Source: Tubulanus polymorphus (lineage: Eukaryota > Animalia > Nemertea). Taken from it: 64,000 nucleotides of DNA. The position numbers and the translations under genes were made by a program. A model generated the notes under the pieces. The model worked only from the letters and a program-made list of their open reading frames with translations, was not told the DNA's origin and ran no database searches. Positions 63,599 through 64,000 of this stretch are shown here, one piece after another (the first letter of the stretch is position 1; every line of letters begins with the position of its first letter). The stretch is taken from positions 12,804,451-12,868,450 of the forward strand of contig NC_134035.1 in assembly GCF_964204645.1 (NCBI RefSeq), written 5' to 3'.

Positions 63599-64000
63599 CT
63601 GAGATAGAGACACAGTCATTATATACATCATCCGCTGTATGAGCATTCAGATTAACTTCAGATATCATCACAGTTCCCACAGTTATATGAATTAAAAATT
63701 CCCAAGTTTTTCTCAAAGAGATTATTCAATTTTCCCAAATGGCAATGAACAGATACCATTGTACTACAGTCAGCATTTAAGCCGAGATTGGTTGATAAAG
63801 GTGATTTTCAAGGGAAATCACTGAAGAAAGATTCTCTTGGCAAATGCAATACATGAAACAAACATGAATCCCAAATATTTCCCTGATTTGAGGAACATTT
63901 TTCAAATTCCCAAATATTTCCAAACCGGGAATTATTATTTAAAAATTCTCGAAGTTTATTCCAATTTCTCCATTCTGTGGGAACCATAATTATAGCGATT

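Overview
AT-rich, intron-rich, repeat-dense animal genomic DNA, most consistent with a marine invertebrate such as a lophotrochozoan (organism not determinable here). Five protein-coding genes were reconstructed by hand from GT-AG splice sites with consistent phases: MOB2 (minus strand, 7525-34615, canonical MDWFMG first exon plus 2-3 candidate alternative first coding exons); NADP-dependent isocitrate dehydrogenase IDH1 (minus, 11 coding exons, 410 aa); an intronless divergent MATE/SLC47 transporter (plus); an intronless rhodopsin-family orphan GPCR (plus); and the 3' part of CNOT4 (minus, 14 exons, continuing past the window end). The most notable observation is in IDH1: the protein ends without a peroxisomal signal (...KKKVQSS), but its stop codon TGA-C is followed by an open in-frame extension LHSKCKTSHL-TAG ending in a consensus PTS1 (SHL), suggesting a peroxisomal isoform made by stop-codon readthrough. 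Upstream micro-exons might add a mitochondrial-type leader (speculative). Introns and UTRs contain many MITE families, tRNA-derived elements, minisatellites and a near-perfect 250-bp-arm foldback. Almost all short ORFs in the supplied track are spurious. All family assignments are from recalled sequence motifs, not database searches.
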